64,000 nucleotides of DNA from a virus. Location of the stretch: positions 1-64,000 of IMG/VR virus record IMGVR_UViG_3300046675_000234, one strand, 5' to 3'. Under the pieces are notes generated by a model that did not search any database, had not been told where the DNA came from, and was given only the letters and a program-made list of their open reading frames with translations. Numbering within the stretch: the first letter of the stretch is position 1; each line of letters starts with the position of its first letter. The position numbers and the translations under genes were made by a program. Positions 1-10,260 of this stretch are shown piece after piece.

Positions 1-1704
1 GACCGCCCCGGCGGCCTCCGGTAGGCTGGCTGCGGCGGTCACGCCCAGCGCTTCGGCTGACGCTCCAGCCTCAGTCAGGGGGACGCTGGCCGTGACCGCT
101 ATCTGGTCAGACCCGGCCGCAACGTCACCGAGCTGCGCGAGCGCGCCCACGACCACGCTGATCGAATCAGCAGCGGCTGCCACATCGGCTGCCGGGACAG
201 CCGCGCTGACGGATACCGCCTCAGTCGCGCCAGCCGTGTCTGCGGAGGTCGAACTCGCAGCCACGGACAGCGAGTCGGCTGAGGCGGCGGCTTCAGCGTA
301 GCCAATCCCGATTGCCTGGGACTCGACCGCGCCAGCGGCATCTGCCAGCGATACGGTGACGGTGACGGCCAGGGCATCGGCCGCTCCAGCAGTATCCGCC
401 TGGCGGGTGCCGATAACCTGTGATTCGGTAGCCGCAGCCTGATCGGGCAGGGCGATGGCTGCGGTGAGGTTCACCGTGTCCGATGCCCCGGCCGTCTCGG
501 ACAGCGGCGCTGAGACGGCCACAGACAGCGCGTCCACGGCTCCTGCGGCATCACCCGCAGGAGCGGCCACGGTGGCGCTCAGCGTCTCCGTGGCCCCGGC
601 AGCGTCGGCCTGGGCGATGGCGGCACTGGCCACCACAGAGATGGCGTCGGCAGCAGCGGCGACGTCGCCCACCGGAACAGCAGCACTCACCGCCTGCTGA
701 TCGGCAGCACCAGCCGTGTCTGCCAGCCCGGCCGTGACGCTGGCCGTGAGCTGCTCAACGGCGGCACCGCGCTCGGCCAGCGGGACGGCGGCAACTACTG
801 CTTGCTGCTCGGCAGCCCCGGCTGCATCCGGGAGCGGGACGGCAGCGCTCACCGCTACCTGATCGGCCGCAGCAGCGACGTCGCCTATCGCCGCCGCTGC
901 GGCAACCCCGAGCGTATCGGCTGCGGCTGCGGTATCGGCCTGGCTGACCGGGACCGGTGCGGCCCCCGCGTCAACCGGCAGCGGGACCTGCACCTGGCGG
1001 ACCTTGCGGGTGCCGCGCCGCTGCCTGCGTTGCGGCGGCTGCGCGAGCGGCCCGGCAGCGGCTCCCGCCGAGGCCAGGATCTCAACGGCGATGATGCCCC
1101 ACCAGTCACTGACGACAGTGAAGCCCATGGCCTGCGCGCCACCGGGACTGGCAATGGTCGAGCCATAGCAGTTGTCCGCGCCCGCGCTGCTGTCGCCCTG
1201 GGCGTTGTAGCGCAGCGTCGTGCTGCCGGTGGGGGTGACCGTGCCGCCCGTGCCCGAGAACCCGCAGGCCACGACCATCCCGCCCGCCGTGGTGCCGGGC
1301 ACGCTAACCGTGATCGCGGTGCTGGAACCGGCCGCGCTAACCGCCGTGCCGAAGGACGCAGCCCCGGTGAAGGACATCGACCCGCCATCGAGCAGGCCAC
1401 CGCCCGTCCAGGCCACCGAGACCGTGTTGCTCCCGGTCGGCAGTCCGCCGATCTTGCCCCACAGCGTGCCGCCGCCCGAGCCGCCTGCGCCGTTGGAGGT
1501 CTGCCAGGCCAGCAGCGGGGCCAGCGCGATGCCGCCGTAGGTGATGTTGCCGCTGATCGGGCTGGCAGTGGACGAGCCGAACCCGGAGACCCCGACGATC
1601 AGCGCATTGCCAGCCGCGCTGTTGACATGCGCCCAGGTCGCGGCGGTGGTTCCCGAGGTTTTACCGGCGGCAGACGGACCTACGGCGTCGAATCCGACAG
1701 CCAC
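1..1704 (-). CDS. Ala-rich repetitive tail fibre/minor tail protein (3' end lies outside the window)
   Basis: Not in the ORF track because it runs off the edge. GTG at 1704 with GGAGGTGA RBS at 1711-1718. Frame reads open to position 1. N-terminal beta-rich domain, then ~20-aa repeats like DAAGAADxLxVxAxVxL. Lies downstream of the tail genes. Confidence 0.7.
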   Translation of the reverse strand, partial: MAVGFDAVGPSAAGKTSGTTAATWAHVNSAAGNALIVGVSGFGSSTASPISGNITYGGIALAPLLAWQTSNGAGGSGGGTLWGKIGGLPTGSNTVSVAWTGGGLLDGGSMSFTGAASFGTAVSAAGSSTAITVSVPGTTAGGMVVACGFSGTGGTVTPTGSTTLRYNAQGDSSAGADNCYGSTIASPGGAQAMGFTVVSDWWGIIAVEILASAGAAAGPLAQPPQRRQRRGTRKVRQVQVPLPVDAGAAPVPVSQADTAAAADTLGVAAAAAIGDVAAAADQVAVSAAVPLPDAAGAAEQQAVVAAVPLAERGAAVEQLTASVTAGLADTAGAADQQAVSAAVPVGDVAAAADAISVVASAAIAQADAAGATETLSATVAAPAGDAAGAVDALSVAVSAPLSETAGASDTVNLTAAIALPDQAAATESQVIGTRQADTAGAADALAVTVTVSLADAAGAVESQAIGIGYAEAAASADSLSVAASSTSADTAGATEAVSVSAAVPAADVAAAADSISVVVGALAQLGDVAAGSDQIAVTASVPLTEAGASAEALGVTAAASLPEAAGAV

Positions 1705-1730
1705 TGGGCCTCACCTCCGGGGCAAGGCCC

Positions 1731-2318
1731 TCAGTTCTCCAGGTAGAGCTTGGCGTACTGGGTAGTGATCGTGTTGCCAGCCGTGGCCGCGCTCAGCGTC
1801 AGGCCGGGCCACAGCACATAGCCCTGGCTGGCGTCGTACGTCGATGGCGGGGTGTAGGCACCGGAGCCAGGGAAGGTCAGCTCACCGGCCGCGTTGACCG
1901 CCGTGGACTGGATCATGCCCCAGCACACCAGGGTGCTGGCCGCGCCGAGCCCGAGAGTGCGCAGCCCGATGTCAACGATCAGCCACCACGGCACGTTGGT
2001 GACCACGCCCGGCGGGGCTGCCGCCCCGGTGGTGGCGAGCGCCAGCGTGGTGGCGAACGCCGGGGCACTGGTGGTGGCGACCGCCGCGTATATGCCCCAG
2101 TTCCAGGTCGGGATGGTGGCGGCGGTACTCATCAGCCCGCCCATGACCAGCCGCGCCGAGCTGGCCCAGTCCCCGGTGTCGGAGAAGTACCCGGCCGGGA
2201 TGATGATCGGCGGCTGCCCGGCTGTGACGGTGACGGCAGCGGCAGTCGGGACCGAGGTGGTGGCCAGCGCGTAGCTGGCGTACTTCAGCTCGGTTCCGGC
2301 TGGCTTGTAGTTGGACAT
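1731..2318 (-). CDS. Minor tail/structural protein
   Basis: 195 aa Ala/Thr/Gly-rich beta protein, TGATG-coupled within the tail operon. Confidence 0.6.
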   Translation of the reverse strand: MSNYKPAGTELKYASYALATTSVPTAAAVTVTAGQPPIIIPAGYFSDTGDWASSARLVMGGLMSTAATIPTWNWGIYAAVATTSAPAFATTLALATTGAAAPPGVVTNVPWWLIVDIGLRTLGLGAASTLVCWGMIQSTAVNAAGELTFPGSGAYTPPSTYDASQGYVLWPGLTLSAATAGNTITTQYAKLYLEN

Positions 2319-3025
2319 CAGCTAACGGTGCCGGACCCCGATGGGAATCCGAAGCTGATGGTCTCGGTGGCGGTCCAGGTCTGCCCGGCCGCCTTGGTGC
2401 CCTGGGCGCTGACTCCCCGGTTGAAGAAGACCTCGTTGGCACCCAGGCCGGTAGCCGTCACGCCCGAGGCGTTCCAGTTGTCCGAGCCGAACTCAGCCCA
2501 GGCGAAGTTGGCGTTGCCGCCCGCGAAACTCGCGGTGAGCGTCAGGGTAGGAGGCGATGAGCCGGTGGCGATGGCCGGTGCGCCGGAAACGAGCTGGAAG
2601 TAGCTCGTGGTCGAGCCGCCGCCCGTGTCCCCGACCAGTGTCGTGTTGGCGTAAGCGGCGGCGGTCGCGCCCGTGCCGACGCCGATCCGGCCCTGCGTGG
2701 CGCTGAACTTGTTGGTGATCGAGGTACCCGCCACGCCGCCCAGGAGCACCACCCAGCCAGCCTGGGTGACCAGGTTGCAGTCATCCTGCTGGGTTTCGTC
2801 GTACGGCCCGATGCCGACGCTGGCGAACTCGTCGGGAGTCAGGCCGCGCCAGGTCAGCGGCGGGAGCCAGTCCCCGTAGCCGATCTGCTTCATCGCGTAG
2901 TCGGTCATGTCCGCGTCGTAACGTTTCACGTTGAACGACGTGCTGACCCGCACGAAGTCCTGAAGGCTCAGCTCGACGCCCACGGTCAGCCGCTCGGACG
3001 CCGATGCGAAATCGGGATGTGTCAT
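2318..3025 (-). CDS. Minor tail protein
   Basis: IGVGTGATAA..TTL and ANFAWAEFG..FNR..QGTK motifs typical of phage tail-fibre-associated proteins. Confidence 0.65.
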   Translation of the reverse strand: MTHPDFASASERLTVGVELSLQDFVRVSTSFNVKRYDADMTDYAMKQIGYGDWLPPLTWRGLTPDEFASVGIGPYDETQQDDCNLVTQAGWVVLLGGVAGTSITNKFSATQGRIGVGTGATAAAYANTTLVGDTGGGSTTSYFQLVSGAPAIATGSSPPTLTLTASFAGGNANFAWAEFGSDNWNASGVTATGLGANEVFFNRGVSAQGTKAAGQTWTATETISFGFPSGSGTVS

Positions 3026-3033
3026 GTCTCTCC

Positions 3034-3996
3034 TTACGCCAGGGCGGCGATCTGCTGGAACTCATAGACGACGGCATAGGAGCTGCCCTCATCGACGGAC
3101 AGGATGCCTACCTGGGTGCCATCGGTGACCTGCTTGAATTGCAGGGTCTGGGTGGTGCCGCGCAGGCCGGGCGGGACGGCAATCGAGAAGCCCCCGGCGA
3201 TGCTGTGCCGGTACGGGCCGGTGGCGGTGGGGATCGAGACCAGGGTCTGCGGCATGACCAGGTTGGGTGCCCCGACCGAGGTCCCGAAGAACGGGTTGAC
3301 GTAGCCGCGCGCCCAGCCGGACTGCCACAGCGCGTCGTTGATCTGCCAGTTGACCTGCATGATCGTGGCCCAGCTCGGGACCGGGATCTGCCAGTTCGCG
3401 CCGGGCGGCCAGGCCACGCCAGCCGTGCCCACGGTCCAGTTCCTGACCGTGGTGTCCTGCGCGCCGATCACCTGCATGACCCGCTGCGGCTGGGCGACGT
3501 TGCGCAGGTCGTGGATGTAGGCCGCCTGCACCACGCTGACGGACGGCGGCATGTCGATCCGGCACAGCGGGATGCCGGATTGCCCGCCGGGCATGGTGGT
3601 GGCACTCGATGAGACACCGGAGATCACGCGGGGGAACAGGATCTGCCCCGAGGCAGGCCCGCCCCACGGAGATCCTGACCAGGTGGGGTCCTCGGCCCGG
3701 ACCACCACCAGGTCCGAGCGGGCCGAGCCAGCCGTGGCCCCGATGGTCAGGCTGGTGTCGTTGCCGACGTTGTAGCCGTAGTAGCTGCCCTGGTAGGGCG
3801 TCTCGACGCCGAGCACGACGCAGGCCCCGCCCGCGATCACGATCCCGGCGGTAGCCGGGCCGGTGGCGGTGACCAGCAGGTCCGTCGCGCCGATCACGCC
3901 CTGCGCCCCGGCGGTGGAGGACTGGAGCATCAGCCGCAGGAAGTTGCCGCTCTCGGCGTTGCCGTCAACCGCGTAGACGGCGCTCTGGAAGGTCAC
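3034..3996 (-). CDS. Minor tail (baseplate) protein
   Basis: Likely start is GTG at 3996 overlapping the upstream TGA. RSDLVVVRAEDP motif as in actinophage minor tail proteins. Confidence 0.7.
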   Translation of the reverse strand: MTFQSAVYAVDGNAESGNFLRLMLQSSTAGAQGVIGATDLLVTATGPATAGIVIAGGACVVLGVETPYQGSYYGYNVGNDTSLTIGATAGSARSDLVVVRAEDPTWSGSPWGGPASGQILFPRVISGVSSSATTMPGGQSGIPLCRIDMPPSVSVVQAAYIHDLRNVAQPQRVMQVIGAQDTTVRNWTVGTAGVAWPPGANWQIPVPSWATIMQVNWQINDALWQSGWARGYVNPFFGTSVGAPNLVMPQTLVSIPTATGPYRHSIAGGFSIAVPPGLRGTTQTLQFKQVTDGTQVGILSVDEGSSYAVVYEFQQIAALA

Positions 3997-4913
3997 GCGC
4001 TTCCTCCGATCGCCAGGGTGGCGTTCCGCCAGGTGATCACGCAGGTGGCCTGGCCGGTGCTGTCCTGCCCGGTGAACTTCACGACGGTTGATCCTGGCTG
4101 TGCTTGCATGCTGATCATGGCGCTGCCGGTCAGCGCACCGGCCACGCTGGCGTTGCCCAGCATCGCCGTCCGCGCCCACGGCCGGGTGTCGATGGTCAGC
4201 ACGTCGGTGGCCTTCAGGATGCCGTTGTAGCCGACCGAAACCGGCGTGTTGACGTAGCTCAGCCCCGGATAGCTGATCGGCCCGGTGAAGACGATCACCG
4301 GCCAGGTCGGCAGCGAGCCGATGTTGACGATCGCGCTCTGCTGGAAGATGTTGGAGGCGCTGAGCTGGTAGGGCGGGATCATCGGCGGGGTGAACGTGCC
4401 CAGGAAGCTCGGCCGCTGGGTCAGGTTCAGCACGGTGGGCACGTCGGCGTACCAGATGGTGTCGGCGCTCTGGAACTGGCTGGTGAACGGCACCACGCCC
4501 TGGTAGACCGTGCCGTACACCGGGACGATCTTGCGCCCGCGCCCGTAAGTGCGCCGGACCACGTTGCTGCCGGGGTAGTAGCCGCGCAGCACCTGCACCG
4601 CGTTGTCCGCCAGCCGCACACTGGGATCGTTCCAGGCACCGGCCAGGGCGCTGTAGGCGTCCATCGCCAGCGCCCCCTGGGCTGGCGAGGTCAGCACGAA
4701 GCCGGTCTGGGTGATCACCATGCCGGGCAGGGTGTCGATGCCGAACAGCGTGCCGTCGTGCCCGGTGACCGCCTGGTCCTGGACCACCAGCGAGCCGGTG
4801 TCGGTGTCCGTCCGCTGGATCTGGATCGAGCTGGCCCCGCGCCCGTAGACGAAGCCGGGGCCGCCCTCGCGGCCGATCGAGTACTGGCCGGTCGCCAGCG
4901 TCGGGTCAGCCAC
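3993..4913 (-). CDS. Distal tail protein (Dit-like)
   Basis: Directly after the tape measure gene. NIGSLPTWPVIVFTGP and LTIDTRPW motifs. Confidence 0.75.
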   Translation of the reverse strand: MADPTLATGQYSIGREGGPGFVYGRGASSIQIQRTDTDTGSLVVQDQAVTGHDGTLFGIDTLPGMVITQTGFVLTSPAQGALAMDAYSALAGAWNDPSVRLADNAVQVLRGYYPGSNVVRRTYGRGRKIVPVYGTVYQGVVPFTSQFQSADTIWYADVPTVLNLTQRPSFLGTFTPPMIPPYQLSASNIFQQSAIVNIGSLPTWPVIVFTGPISYPGLSYVNTPVSVGYNGILKATDVLTIDTRPWARTAMLGNASVAGALTGSAMISMQAQPGSTVVKFTGQDSTGQATCVITWRNATLAIGGSA

Positions 4914-7900
4914 CGGGGAGCACCCCCGCGAAGCCCTGCTGCTGGGCGACCTTCAGCCAGTAGGTCAGCTCGCTCAGCGCACGGGCCACGGTCTGCCCCT
5001 CGGGAAGCTGGATGTGCACGTTCCCTATCATCGCCCCGCCCGGCGGACCCCCGCCAGGACCGGCTGGCGTCACGTACTCCGCGCCGTTCTCCCCGAAGGT
5101 GTACACCCGGCCCGAGCCGCCGAAGCCGATGATGGGCTCGCGGATCACCCCGCCCTTGGCGTACCCGGCCGCGTAGGAGGCGTTCGCGCCTGCGATGCGG
5201 TTCTGGATCATCGGGTTGCCGGGCCGCTCGTACTTGTCGCTGAAGTAGACGGCGGCCTCGGTGGGCGTCCCGGCGTGCGCGTTGATGTCCGCGACGGAGC
5301 CGTTCTGGGCGATATAGACCATGGTCCGGGCCAGCTCCTGGGCCAGCGAGCCGCCAGGGTCGCCCAGGATCTGGATCAGGCCCCGGCCTGGCGGGTTGGT
5401 CCCGGCCATCGGGTCGCCGCCGGACTCCTGCTCGATGTTGCCCAGCAGCCCGGCGATGGCGTTGCGGGTGAAGCCGTGGCTGGCGAAGTAGGCGGCCATC
5501 GCACCGGCATTGGCAGGGACGCCGCCGTGGCCGCCCTTGGCACCGCCCAGCCCGCCGGGCGGGACACCGGTCCACAGCAGCGGCATCGCGTGGATGTTCA
5601 TGAGCTGCGGACCCATGCCGCCGCCCTGGCTGATCACCTGGAGCGCATTGCGCACGATAGCGACATGGCCGGGATCGGCCCCGCCTGCCGGACTGTGGTA
5701 AAAGGCCAGGCCACCGGTAGTAGGGGGACTGCGCTTGACCCACGAGCCCTGGGCCTCGCTGGTCCTGGGGGCGGCAATACCGAAGTGCTCATAGATCGCT
5801 TGGACAAATCCTGAACAGTCTGCCCCACCAGGAACAGCAGTCCCGCCCCACACATAGGGTATCTTGCCCAGGAAGCTCGCCGCGTACTTGGCGATCTCGC
5901 CGCCGCTGCCCATCGTGGCGGACTTGCCCATGATCCAGTTCACGAGGTCCGTGACCATCTTCTTCGGGATCTGGGTCAGGATCTTGGCCACGATCCCGGC
6001 TGCGCCGCCCGTGCCCAGGCCCAGCAGGTCCGCGAAGGCGTTCTCGAACGCCTTCCGGTTGCCGGTGACGAAGGCCAGGCCCATCTTGCCGACGTCGATG
6101 GCCTTGCCCGCGATCCCGGCGATGGCGTGGCCGACCGTGGCAGCGGCCTGGCCGACCGCATGGGTGACGTTGTGGATGATCCCGCCGCCGGGGATCGGGC
6201 TGCCGCCGGTCGGGCTGACGCTGGTCCCGAACCGGGCCTGGGCTGCCGAGATGGACGGGGGCTGCCCGACCCGGCCGCCGGTCTGGTAGCCGGGGATACC
6301 CAGCCAGGCGAAGATCGGGGCCAGCGTCTTGCTGTCGGCCGCCGAGACCACGGTCTCGTCCTTGGACGCCCGGATCAGCACGTCATCGGCTACCGGCCCG
6401 GTGCCAGCCGTGATCCGGCCGCCAGCCGCCAGCCCGAACGGGTGCACCTGGTTGATGTGCACGCTGCCCAGGCCGATCGCGCCGGTAATGGTGTCAAAGA
6501 CGCTGATCAGGCCGTCGAGCACGTTGTCAATCACGAACTTGACCGGGGCTTTCACGACGTCCTCGACCTTGCCCCACAGCCGCCGGATCGAGTCCACCGC
6601 GCTCGACCAGGCGTTCGGCAGGGTCACCGTGATGAAGTGCACGATCTTGGCCCCGAAGTCCGACCAGAGCCAGGTGTAGAAGTTGTGGCCGATGTCCTTC
6701 ATGTTCTGCCAGGCATCGCGCCAGTAGGTCCGCACGAACTCGACAGCGAGCCGGATCAGGGTCAGTCCCGGCATCAGGAACTGGCCCCAGCCGTGAGTCA
6801 GGAACTCCCAGGCATCCTTGGCCCAGTTCTTGACGTTGGTCCACACCTGGTTCCAGTGCTTAGCCAGCTCCACGATGCCGACGATCAGCAGGCCCACGGC
6901 GATGGCGATCAGCGTGACCGGGTTGGAGACCGAGGCGATCAGCCCGCCGATCTTGATGGCCGCCCAGATGGCCAGGAACCCGAGCGCGATATCGCGCAGC
7001 ACCGAGGCCGGGACCGCCCGGATGACGGCGGACAGGGCGAGGGCAAGATCCTGGATGACCCGCACGAAAACCGGTGTCAGCAGGTTAACCAGCCCGGTGA
7101 ACAGCGGCAGCAGGATCGGCAGCAGCTCGACCAGGGCCTGGATCACGGTCATGGCCAGCGTGGTCAGCGGCGGCAGCAGGGCGATGATGGCCGACGCCAG
7201 CCCCTTGGCCAGCACGGTCGTGACCTGGCCCAGGAACTTGATCAGCGGCGGCAGCAGCGGTGTCAGCCCGACCAGGATCTGGCTGATCATGGTGGCCAGC
7301 GGCTTGGAGACGGCCTCCAGCGCCGATGCGATCACGGCGAACACGCCGCTGTTTTCGAGGACCGTGAAGACCTGCGAAAACGCCTTCGCAAAAGTGGATA
7401 GGGCTGGCGAGATACCGATGATGACGTCAGCGATGGCCTTGAAGGCGGCTACCAGGTCCAGGATGACCGCGCCCGCCAGGTCAGCGATCACCTTGCCGAC
7501 GATGATCAGGGTCGGCATCAGCGCCACGAGGATCTTGGCGAACTCGGACACGATCGGTGCCAGTGCTCGTGCGAAGATTGCGGCAAGCTGTCCGATAATC
7601 GGCAGAAGAGCACCGACCACATCGAACAAGGCTTTGAATATGACAGCGCTCTGCTTCAGCACGGGAGCGAAATCGGACAGCATGGAGCCCAGGTCGCGGC
7701 CCAGCGTGCCGAGCACCCCGGCAATCACGGTGATGACGGGGGCAGCCGCCCGCAGCAGCGAGACCAGGCCGGGCAGGATTCCGGCGATGAGCTGGCCGAA
7801 CCCGTCGAGAATGGGGCGCAGCAGCGGGGCTACCGCCCGCAGGGCTGCCGACAGCCCTGGCAGGACCATGTGCGCCAGGTCGTTGATGCCGTGCAGGAGC

Positions 7901-8610
7901 GGCTGGATCAGGGTGCCAGCCGAGGCGAAGAGCTGCTTGAGATCGGGCAGGAGATCATGCAGCATCTTCGGGATCTCAGCGAACGCCGTCCGCAGCGGCG
8001 CGACCAGCGGCTGGGCAGCCGCCTTCATGGTGGACTCGAACGCCTGGCCGACCGGCTGAGCCGCGCCGTAGAGCTGGCCGGGGTCCTTCTTGGTCCCGAT
8101 CAGGGTCTTGGCCCCGAGACCGATGACGCCCGCGCCGACCGCGCCGACGCCGAGCGCGCCGCCGAGCGCGGCTGCGGCTGGCAGTGCCCCGGCCAGGATG
8201 CCGCCGCCGCCGACGATCGCGGCGTTCCGCGCGCTGATGCCGAGGATGCCAGGCCCGCCGCCGCGCCCGATGCCCGCAAGCAGGCTGGCTGCCGTCAGGC
8301 CGCTGACGCCAGCCCTGCCGCCGCTGCCGCCTTCGGCGGTGCGGAGCGATTTCCCGCCGAACAGCCCGCCGAGCACCGAGCCCTGCGAGCCGCGTGAGCG
8401 CTGGATCGCGTCCCGCGTGAGCTGCTGGTCGAACCGGCTGAACTCCTGCCGGGCACGGCTCATCTCGCTCTGGTCGATGACGGGCGTGATCTTCAGCTCG
8501 CGGTGATCGTCCTCGAACCGCTTGACCCGCGCCTCGGCCTCATCGAGCTTGCGGTTGAACGCGGCCAGGTCTACATCGAGGTGAGCCTGGATCGCACCGG
8601 CATCAAACAC
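4906..8610 (-). CDS. Tape measure protein with C-terminal NlpC/P60 and phage-tail lysozyme domains
   Basis: 1234 aa with amphipathic helical repeats. PYVWGG..ADCSGFV..GHV indicates NlpC/P60. AIAGLLGNIEQESG..YERPG indicates tail lysozyme. Confidence 0.9.
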   Translation of the reverse strand: MFDAGAIQAHLDVDLAAFNRKLDEAEARVKRFEDDHRELKITPVIDQSEMSRARQEFSRFDQQLTRDAIQRSRGSQGSVLGGLFGGKSLRTAEGGSGGRAGVSGLTAASLLAGIGRGGGPGILGISARNAAIVGGGGILAGALPAAAALGGALGVGAVGAGVIGLGAKTLIGTKKDPGQLYGAAQPVGQAFESTMKAAAQPLVAPLRTAFAEIPKMLHDLLPDLKQLFASAGTLIQPLLHGINDLAHMVLPGLSAALRAVAPLLRPILDGFGQLIAGILPGLVSLLRAAAPVITVIAGVLGTLGRDLGSMLSDFAPVLKQSAVIFKALFDVVGALLPIIGQLAAIFARALAPIVSEFAKILVALMPTLIIVGKVIADLAGAVILDLVAAFKAIADVIIGISPALSTFAKAFSQVFTVLENSGVFAVIASALEAVSKPLATMISQILVGLTPLLPPLIKFLGQVTTVLAKGLASAIIALLPPLTTLAMTVIQALVELLPILLPLFTGLVNLLTPVFVRVIQDLALALSAVIRAVPASVLRDIALGFLAIWAAIKIGGLIASVSNPVTLIAIAVGLLIVGIVELAKHWNQVWTNVKNWAKDAWEFLTHGWGQFLMPGLTLIRLAVEFVRTYWRDAWQNMKDIGHNFYTWLWSDFGAKIVHFITVTLPNAWSSAVDSIRRLWGKVEDVVKAPVKFVIDNVLDGLISVFDTITGAIGLGSVHINQVHPFGLAAGGRITAGTGPVADDVLIRASKDETVVSAADSKTLAPIFAWLGIPGYQTGGRVGQPPSISAAQARFGTSVSPTGGSPIPGGGIIHNVTHAVGQAAATVGHAIAGIAGKAIDVGKMGLAFVTGNRKAFENAFADLLGLGTGGAAGIVAKILTQIPKKMVTDLVNWIMGKSATMGSGGEIAKYAASFLGKIPYVWGGTAVPGGADCSGFVQAIYEHFGIAAPRTSEAQGSWVKRSPPTTGGLAFYHSPAGGADPGHVAIVRNALQVISQGGGMGPQLMNIHAMPLLWTGVPPGGLGGAKGGHGGVPANAGAMAAYFASHGFTRNAIAGLLGNIEQESGGDPMAGTNPPGRGLIQILGDPGGSLAQELARTMVYIAQNGSVADINAHAGTPTEAAVYFSDKYERPGNPMIQNRIAGANASYAAGYAKGGVIREPIIGFGGSGRVYTFGENGAEYVTPAGPGGGPPGGAMIGNVHIQLPEGQTVARALSELTYWLKVAQQQGFAGVLPGG

Positions 8611-8956
8611 CAGGCTCGCCTCCTTCCGCCTGCCTGGCCCGCCCGGCTTCCAGCTCGGCCCTGAATGCCGTCAGGTCGAACACCTTCTGGCCCATGTCCA
8701 CGCCCTCGCGGATCTGCGGACCCGCCACGCCGGGTGTCATCTCGCCTGGCTCGCCGCCGCCCTCCTTCCAGGAGAACGGGACCGACTCATCCTCGGCCAG
8801 TCCCTCCAGGTAAGCCCTCTGGATATCCCAGCTCAGCTCATCCCATTGGCCTGGCAGCAAGTCCAGGTAGCGCTTGACGGTGTAGAGGATTACGCGCCGC
8901 GTGCGGTGGGCAGCTTCGTTACCTGCCCGTTCCCACCTGGACTCGCGGCTTCCGGG
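8603..8956 (-). CDS. Tail assembly chaperone, downstream -1 frame portion (gpT-like)
   Basis: In the -1 frame relative to 8890-9321, no convincing own start/RBS, ends overlapping the tape measure start. Confidence 0.55.
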   Translation of the reverse strand, partial: PGSRESRWERAGNEAAHRTRRVILYTVKRYLDLLPGQWDELSWDIQRAYLEGLAEDESVPFSWKEGGGEPGEMTPGVAGPQIREGVDMGQKVFDLTAFRAELEAGRARQAEGGEPGV

Positions 8957-9321
8957 GACATGACCTCGGCCTGGAGCCACGCGAAGAAGATGTTGCGGAC
9001 CCGCATCGGCAGCGCCATGATCTGCTCGACGGTCGGGGTACCCGAGCACAGCGCCGAGTAGATCTCGGCCATCTTGCCGATCTGCTCGATGGTCTTGGCC
9101 GGGTCGAGATCCTCCATCATCGCCAGGAGCGCGGCCGGGTCGCTCTCCGTGATGCCCTCGGGAAGATCGGCCTCCACCTCCTTGATGGTGGCCTTGACCC
9201 CGGTCAGGAACGCCGCGATCTGGTTGTCGGTGGGCTCGGGGATGGTACCCCTGGCCGCGACGTACGGATTGAAATCCCAGTCGAGCGCCTCTACGACGCC
9301 CTGGGCCTCAAAGCCTGCCAT
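8890..9321 (-). CDS. Tail assembly chaperone (gpG-like)
   Basis: Position between major tail and tape measure genes; acidic helical 143 aa. Confidence 0.75.
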   Translation of the reverse strand: MAGFEAQGVVEALDWDFNPYVAARGTIPEPTDNQIAAFLTGVKATIKEVEADLPEGITESDPAALLAMMEDLDPAKTIEQIGKMAEIYSALCSGTPTVEQIMALPMRVRNIFFAWLQAEVMSPEAASPGGNGQVTKLPTARGA

Positions 9322-9329
9322 TCGACCTC

Positions 9330-9938
9330 CTAGCTGGTAGCGATGGCCGTGAGGTCGGTCCAGGTGATCTGGTTGAACGGGCAGATGGTGTTCAGCGTGA
9401 GCGGGTACAGCCGCTGCTGAGCCGCCCGCCGGTATGCCGTCTGCACCTGGCCCGCGCTCATGACCTGCGGGATGTTGAGGACCCGAGCGTAACCGAGCTG
9501 GTTACGGCCGACCAGGGCGCAGGCCATCTGCTGGAAGTTGGTGCTCAGCGTGAGCACCGACTTACCAGGCTGGCCAGCACCTGCCGGGGTAACCGCGATC
9601 GAGCCGCCGTTGCCCCAGGACAGGTTGACGTTGAACAGCGTCTCTTCCGAGAGGCTGCACGTCACCTGGAGGGTGGCGGTGCCGACCACGACCGCGACCG
9701 GTGTCGGCTGTTCCTCGATGTTCAGGTCTTGGGTGGTCGGGTTGAAGGTGACGGTGACGCCAGCCTCGGTGGCCCCGACGTACGCCCAGCCGAGCCCTGT
9801 CCAGGCCGAGGCCACGCCCAGGTTCTGGTCGCTCGGCACCGCCGTGCCGACAGTCGCGGTGAACAAGATGCCGACCCCGTACAGGACGTTGGTCGTCGTG
9901 TAGTTCGGCGCGGAGTAGACAAGGGGCGGACCAGCCAT
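9330..9938 (-). CDS. Major tail tube protein
   Basis: W..VGAT.AGVTVTF motif, 202 aa, canonical position. Confidence 0.85.
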   Translation of the reverse strand: MAGPPLVYSAPNYTTTNVLYGVGILFTATVGTAVPSDQNLGVASAWTGLGWAYVGATEAGVTVTFNPTTQDLNIEEQPTPVAVVVGTATLQVTCSLSEETLFNVNLSWGNGGSIAVTPAGAGQPGKSVLTLSTNFQQMACALVGRNQLGYARVLNIPQVMSAGQVQTAYRRAAQQRLYPLTLNTICPFNQITWTDLTAIATS

Positions 9939-9941
9939 GGC

Positions 9942-10247
9942 TTAGCCTTCTTCCTGCGTGATGGTGACGCCCGAGTTAGCCGCGCCCTCCATGATGGCGG
10001 CGACCGCGTGAGCCGGGATATCGGTGTACTCAGAGCCCACGTTGATGTGCCCGAGCGCGAACCCCACGAAGGGGTCCTCGACCTTCAGGCGCACCGTGTC
10101 TTCACCGGCTGCCTGCGCCCGGATCTTGGCAAGCTCGGCCTCCAGGCCCGCCGCCGTGGACGACAGGTCTTTCGCTGGCGGCGCTGGCTCATCCGCAGCC
10201 GGGACAGCGGGAATGACCTCTGTCACCGCATCTGATGGCACTGTCAT
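9942..10247 (-). CDS. Hypothetical virion-associated protein
   Basis: ATG at 10247 with GGAGG RBS, in structural operon. Confidence 0.6.
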   Translation of the reverse strand: MTVPSDAVTEVIPAVPAADEPAPPAKDLSSTAAGLEAELAKIRAQAAGEDTVRLKVEDPFVGFALGHINVGSEYTDIPAHAVAAIMEGAANSGVTITQEEG

Positions 10248-10260
10248 GTCCGGCTTCCTC

